A DNA stretch of 49,778 nucleotides from Candidatus Thorarchaeota archaeon (GTDB lineage Archaea > Asgardarchaeota > Thorarchaeia > Thorarchaeales > Thorarchaeaceae): assembly GCA_011364905.1 (NCBI GenBank), contig RDNZ01000018.1:1-49778 (forward strand), given 5' to 3'. Position numbers and translations under genes: made by a program. The notes under the pieces are model-generated. The model was not told the origin of the DNA. It searched no databases and was given only the letters and a program-made list of their open reading frames with translations. The first letter of the stretch is position 1; every line of letters begins with the position of its first letter. Of the stretch, positions 45,352 through 49,778 are shown in pieces.

Positions 45352-46164
45352 ATGTTTGAAATTGAGCACTTTAGTGATGATGTGACTCTTATCAAGACAG
45401 CAACGCCAATGGAAGATAGAAATCCGATAATGTGGGCTATCGCTTACCGCGTTGGAAATATTCTGATTGATGCAGGGTGCCCAAATGCACTTGATGACAT
45501 AGAAAAGTACGCAGCCACAGAACAGATCGAAGAGGTGTATGTCACGCACCCGCACGAGGACCACTATGGAGGATGTTCTGCATTTGCCCCTGGATCAACA
45601 ATATATGCAGCCGAACCCGACATCGAGATTCTTAAGAATCCCCCAACATTACCTGAATTTTTTCAGTTTGTGTGGGGCCAACCAAAACCACTTGAAGAAG
45701 TAGAGAAACTACCTTCGAAGTTCTCTGTGGGAGACCTTGATTTTGAAGTGGTCCCTCTCCCTGGTCATATGCAACACATGGTCGGCTTTTATGAACCTCA
45801 TCGAAAGTGGCTCTTCTCGGCGGATGCGGTCCCCCTTCCAACTCGTAAGTTCATTGCCATGCCCGAGGAGAACATCCCGGTGATGGTACAGACTATGCAG
45901 AAACTGGTTCAAATGGACATCGAGGTGCTCTTCGATGCTCATAAGGGACCGGTCAGATCTCCAGCTCAGCACATTCAAGCTAGAATCGACTTCATTGTGG
46001 AAACTCAAAAGAAAGCACTGAAACTCCATGTGGAGGGCAAATCAATTGAAAAGATTCAGGAGATTCTGGGACTAGAGGGGCCTTGGTATATTGGGCTTAC
46101 GGAGTATCGATTTCGAATTGACCACTTCATCAAATCACTACTCTTCGACAAAGCAGAAAAGTGA
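45352..46164 (+). CDS. MBL-fold metallo-hydrolase
   Basis: LIDAG, THPHEDHYGG, PGH, LFSAD, AHKG; ATG at 45352. Confidence 0.9.
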   Translation: MFEIEHFSDDVTLIKTATPMEDRNPIMWAIAYRVGNILIDAGCPNALDDIEKYAATEQIEEVYVTHPHEDHYGGCSAFAPGSTIYAAEPDIEILKNPPTLPEFFQFVWGQPKPLEEVEKLPSKFSVGDLDFEVVPLPGHMQHMVGFYEPHRKWLFSADAVPLPTRKFIAMPEENIPVMVQTMQKLVQMDIEVLFDAHKGPVRSPAQHIQARIDFIVETQKKALKLHVEGKSIEKIQEILGLEGPWYIGLTEYRFRIDHFIKSLLFDKAEK

Positions 46165-46185
46165 ATTTTAGAAAGTAATCATGCC

Positions 46186-46485
46186 ATGTTTGTGGTATAT
46201 ATTGTAATGATAGTCCTCATTGCAGTCATGATTCCATTCATCCCATCGCTAGCAATGGACATGATGGCCATTATGCTAGTGGATAGGCCGGAGGATATCG
46301 AAGGATGGTACTCCTATGGTAAGCTACTTCAATGGAAGGGATATGATGTTGCCGCACTTGCAGCGTACCGTTCTGCAGTGTTACTGAATCCTCTTCGCAA
46401 AGACGTATGGAAACGGATGGGGGACTTGCTCACCAAACTAGGTGATTATGAGGGAGCTGATGAAGCGTATAGACTTTCGGCCTGA
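46186..46485 (+). CDS. Small membrane-anchored TPR protein
   Basis: N-terminal hydrophobic helix followed by two TPR-like units (WYSYG..L...A...Y..A..LNP; W..MG.LL..LG.Y..A..AY). Confidence 0.7.
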   Translation: MFVVYIVMIVLIAVMIPFIPSLAMDMMAIMLVDRPEDIEGWYSYGKLLQWKGYDVAALAAYRSAVLLNPLRKDVWKRMGDLLTKLGDYEGADEAYRLSA

Positions 46486-46495
46486 ATCATATAGC

Positions 46496-47641
46496 CTACC
46501 TATCTTTTTTCCGTCTTCGACTATGACGACCTGAGAATCGCTTTCGGTGTTTCTCTACTTCGCGTTGTTCCTTTACAGCTTTCTTCTGTCGGTGACAGTT
46601 TATTCTAGCTGCGCGCCCAAGAACTGTGACTCTCTCAACCTCAGCAGTGTTTCCAGTCTTTTTGTACAGCTTCCGAGCGTGTTCCCAGGCTTCATAGGCA
46701 GAACAGAAATCATCCAAACGTGCATATGCCGTGGCCTTTGCATCGAACATATCGGGGTCGTCCTTCACATGGGTTGTGTAGCTCTCAAAAGTCCTCGCAG
46801 CCTCAGTCCAATCCTCAAGCTCCATGAGAATGAGTCCAAGGTTTCTTAATGCTGTAGGGTACTCCTTTTTTCGAATTAGCGCTCGTCGCAGATGTTTCAC
46901 AGCATCTTTTACTTTCCCGTCTTTATATTCTGCCATCCCCATTGTGTTTTCGACTGCAGCATTTTCGGGGTCTAGTTCTGAGGCTTTCTCGAGTGCCCTC
47001 ATAGCGGCATTATGTTTTCCAGCTCTGAGATTTACGTCACCCCTAATGAGCCATGCTTCAGAATTGTCCGGAGCAAGCTTGGTAGCGGTCTTCGCGGATT
47101 TGAGTGCCTCTTTCCATCGTTCAAGCAGTCCGAGTGCAATGGCTCTATGGACATAAGCGGAAATCAAATCTTCCTTCAATTCAAGAGCAGTGTCATAGCT
47201 CTTGACAGCTAGTTCGAAGCGGCCAAGCTCAAGTTCGATATCTCCTATTCGGACCCATGCGCCCCACTCCTTTGGAGCAAGCTCACTAATCCGTCGGAAA
47301 CACGAGAGCTCCTCTTCCGTACGACCCATGACTTGAAGAGCTGTTGCCTTGTCATACAGAATCCTGACATCGTCGGGAGTAAACTTCAACGCGTTATCGA
47401 ATGAGTGTAGCGCCTCATTTGCCTTGTCTGGTCCCAGAGCCAACAGAATACGACCGCGATTTGCGTGCGCCTGTGGCAGATCAGAATCGATTTGCAGCGC
47501 TCTATCAAGACTACGTAGAGCCTCTCCAAACTCGCGTTTCTGAGCATGAAAGACACCTTTTGCATTCCATGCTGAAGCATCATCAGGATTTGCATCTAGA
47601 TGCTTGTCCACTGCTTCCAATGATGCGTCAACCGGGTCCAT
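46496..47641 (-). CDS. Tetratricopeptide-repeat protein with basic C-terminal tail
   Basis: About 9 TPR units (AW..KG, A...G..L, AL...P). Confidence 0.9.
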   Translation of the reverse strand: MDPVDASLEAVDKHLDANPDDASAWNAKGVFHAQKREFGEALRSLDRALQIDSDLPQAHANRGRILLALGPDKANEALHSFDNALKFTPDDVRILYDKATALQVMGRTEEELSCFRRISELAPKEWGAWVRIGDIELELGRFELAVKSYDTALELKEDLISAYVHRAIALGLLERWKEALKSAKTATKLAPDNSEAWLIRGDVNLRAGKHNAAMRALEKASELDPENAAVENTMGMAEYKDGKVKDAVKHLRRALIRKKEYPTALRNLGLILMELEDWTEAARTFESYTTHVKDDPDMFDAKATAYARLDDFCSAYEAWEHARKLYKKTGNTAEVERVTVLGRAARINCHRQKKAVKEQREVEKHRKRFSGRHSRRRKKDR

Positions 47642-47744
47642 ATTACGTCACTCATTCACAATATGCATCACTGAAAAGAGTTGAGATGTCAACAAATCAC
47701 CTTGCGATGGATACAAGAGTATGTATGTCTGTTCTTAGTAAGTC

Positions 47745-48476
47745 ATGAAATTGTCAAACATTACTGGTATCATCTTTGATCTAGGGGGGACTCTTTTTAG
47801 GCCGGTCTCAGACATGTGTGGACTCACTAGAGATTTCTTGAGCGAGGCAGGTCATGGAGAGGCTCGTGATTTTCCTGATGAGGCCATTATATCAGCGATA
47901 GAAAAACCAGATGAATGGCTTAACAACTACATGATTGAGAATGATGTGGACATCCACTGGGAACCACAACGCGAGCATTGGATTGAGTATGACCGGTTAC
48001 TTCTGCAAGCACTTGGTGTGAAGGACCACGAAAACATCGTTCATGATTACCAACAGGAGTGGGACACATTCCATGAAGGTGCAAGCCACGAGCTTGTTGA
48101 GGGATGTCATGAAGCTCTCGAGAAACTCAAGAGCAGAGGATTCAAACTTGGAGTTGCTTCAAACAGATTCACAGACCCAGAGCGACTTCTCAGGGATTCG
48201 GGGATTCATCATCTACTCGACGTAGTAGAGTACACAAATATCCCCGGATATCGAAAGCCATCTCCCTATATGCTTGTGAAGGTAGCAGCAGAGTTTGGAA
48301 CCAATCCCCACAGATGTGTATACGTTGGGAACATCGTTGAGAAAGATGTGGTAGCAGCTACTCGTGCGGGAATGATTCCGATTCTATTGACATGGTGCGA
48401 CCCTGAAGAGGAGGAAAAGGTCACATCAGACACCATTGTAATAGAACACATTAATGACCTTCTAGAAATACTCTGA
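47745..48476 (+). CDS. HAD-superfamily hydrolase
   Basis: IIFDLGGTL, GVASN, KPSP, YVGN..KDV.AA..AGM. Confidence 0.88.
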   Translation: MKLSNITGIIFDLGGTLFRPVSDMCGLTRDFLSEAGHGEARDFPDEAIISAIEKPDEWLNNYMIENDVDIHWEPQREHWIEYDRLLLQALGVKDHENIVHDYQQEWDTFHEGASHELVEGCHEALEKLKSRGFKLGVASNRFTDPERLLRDSGIHHLLDVVEYTNIPGYRKPSPYMLVKVAAEFGTNPHRCVYVGNIVEKDVVAATRAGMIPILLTWCDPEEEEKVTSDTIVIEHINDLLEIL

Positions 48477-48515
48477 TTTCATGTATGAATACCTTCATTA
48501 CTTCGAAGGATAAGC

Positions 48516-49286
48516 ATGAGAGTCGAGATGAAATCTAGACTCCTCATTTCAATCCTGTTCTTGGCAATCTTTCCTACACCGATGGTTAGTCTTGCCCTTG
48601 CTCAGTCAAATCACACTCTTGAATGGGGAGTCAGTCCAGGGGAGGAGTTCACTTACGTCCTGCAAAGGGCGTTTTATGCAGGTGATAATAGTAGGACGTT
48701 CGTAGTGTCTCAGTTACCATTCCTTGCTCAAATGCAGGCAGGTCAGAAAGTGTTACTAGAAGTCAACTTTCTTGAGGAGATAGCGAGTTCAATTAATGAG
48801 TCTGCGCAGCTGCCTCGTTCCTATTGCAGTCTATTGAGGGAGAATGACTCAGCCCTGATCATGTCAGACCTACCAAGCTTTGTCATCCCAGTTGGTGACT
48901 GGGAATTTCTGAGTGGGATTGAGAACATCACAGGAACTCCAGGATTGACTCTGATAGACACTGAGGATGAGTGGGGAACAATCGGAGTGGGTGTCATTTC
49001 TGGTTCAGGTGGTAGTGATATCAATGTACGTATCGAAACGAGGTATGAGAAAGAGAATGGCACGCTAAGTTATCTAAGACAGAGGTACACAACACTTGGG
49101 AATGACCTCATTGATGTCATCTTTGTTCAGTGGCACCCAGGAATGCCAACTATTGTGGGAGGAGGTATACAGACATCAACCCTCGTGATCATAGCTGTGT
49201 GTGGGATTACAGGCGTGACTGTGGCATTTATTGTGTACCGGATGATAAAAGGTAAGAAGCCAGTGATACAACAACTAGGTGAGTAG
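48516..49286 (+). CDS. Secreted/surface protein with signal peptide and C-terminal TM anchor
   Basis: Signal-like N-terminus, LEWGV..G.EF.Y, Y.K.NG.L, several N-x-S/T sequons, TM followed by KGKK. Confidence 0.75.
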   Translation: MRVEMKSRLLISILFLAIFPTPMVSLALAQSNHTLEWGVSPGEEFTYVLQRAFYAGDNSRTFVVSQLPFLAQMQAGQKVLLEVNFLEEIASSINESAQLPRSYCSLLRENDSALIMSDLPSFVIPVGDWEFLSGIENITGTPGLTLIDTEDEWGTIGVGVISGSGGSDINVRIETRYEKENGTLSYLRQRYTTLGNDLIDVIFVQWHPGMPTIVGGGIQTSTLVIIAVCGITGVTVAFIVYRMIKGKKPVIQQLGE

Positions 49287-49294
49287 ATACTAAA

Positions 49295-49642
49295 ATGAAA
49301 CCAGACGAGAAAGAGTCCAGAAGAGTTGAATGTCAGAGAGATGGAGAGGTTGTCAATCTCTCAAAGGGTGAGGTGATATCGGTCGAGTTCTTTCGACACG
49401 AGTCTGTTGGAGAGAACACGGAATTCGCAATAAGCAACGGGTCTGTTCTCAAACATCTCCGGACTGAAACAGAGTACATTAATCCGGAGAAGATGAAGTA
49501 TCCTGAATGGACTGGTGGAGATGCAGAGAAGGGATTATGGTTCTTTGAGGCTGCAGAAACAGGAAAAACAACACTAAGCATCAATAAAATTCTCAGAGGA
49601 ATCATAGAGAGCAAGTGTGATATCAAATTCGTAGTTGAATAG
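49295..49642 (+). CDS. Chagasin/inhibitor I42-like Ig-fold protein
   Basis: L.KGE.I.V...SVG...; TGG....W.F.A..TG.T.L pattern. Confidence 0.5.
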   Translation: MKPDEKESRRVECQRDGEVVNLSKGEVISVEFFRHESVGENTEFAISNGSVLKHLRTETEYINPEKMKYPEWTGGDAEKGLWFFEAAETGKTTLSINKILRGIIESKCDIKFVVE

Positions 49643-49644
49643 GA

Positions 49645-49778
49645 TTACTCCTTTGTAGCCCAAACGTAAGTATATCCGGCAGAGTAGGTCAATTCCTCGC
49701 CATCAGCAAAAGCAGCTCTGAGGGCTTCCACACCTCGTTCATAGTCGTCTTGACTTATCTTATGAAGCATGGAATAGC
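49645..49778 (-). CDS. C-terminal end of a gene entering from beyond the window (possibly a SAM methyltransferase)
   Basis: Manual translation ...YSMLHKISQDDYERGVEALRAAFADGEELTYSAGYTYVWATKE*. Confidence 0.5.
   Translation of the reverse strand, partial: YSMLHKISQDDYERGVEALRAAFADGEELTYSAGYTYVWATKE

Overview
Gene-dense archaeal chromosomal segment, most likely from an Asgard archaeon (Thorarchaeia-like; inferred from archaeal-type TPI, FBP aldolase/phosphatase, ArcS/RaSEA, PriL, ABCE1 and C/D-box sRNAs, plus many TPR, FtsX and membrane-anchored hypothetical proteins). It holds about 50 CDS, including a partial NurA-like nuclease, an operon of an Hrq1-like helicase with archaeosine synthesis genes (arcS, raSEA), two thioredoxins, sugar-phosphate enzymes (tpiA, fbp, class I aldolase), udp, ABCE1, a four-gene MacB/LolCDE-type ABC system, mobB, OGG1-like glycosylase and priL. 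There are two intron-less tRNA-Arg genes that differ only at the wobble base, and two previously unannotated C/D-box guide sRNAs. No CRISPR array, transposase or integrase was seen. The most notable observations are: (1) a cytoplasmic 593-aa beta-sandwich protein whose N-terminal part reads like a mu-homology domain (adaptor/delta-COP/muniscin) with extra Ig-like domains; (2) four predicted pseudoenzymes within about 15 kb (MBL, gamma-CA, M24 peptidase, NIF3), each missing metal ligands; (3) a duplicated pair of membrane proteins that both appear to start at a non-canonical ATT codon; (4) an ABCE1 with a Cys-to-Glu change in one Fe-S ligand. All family assignments rest on motif recognition by eye; no searches were run.
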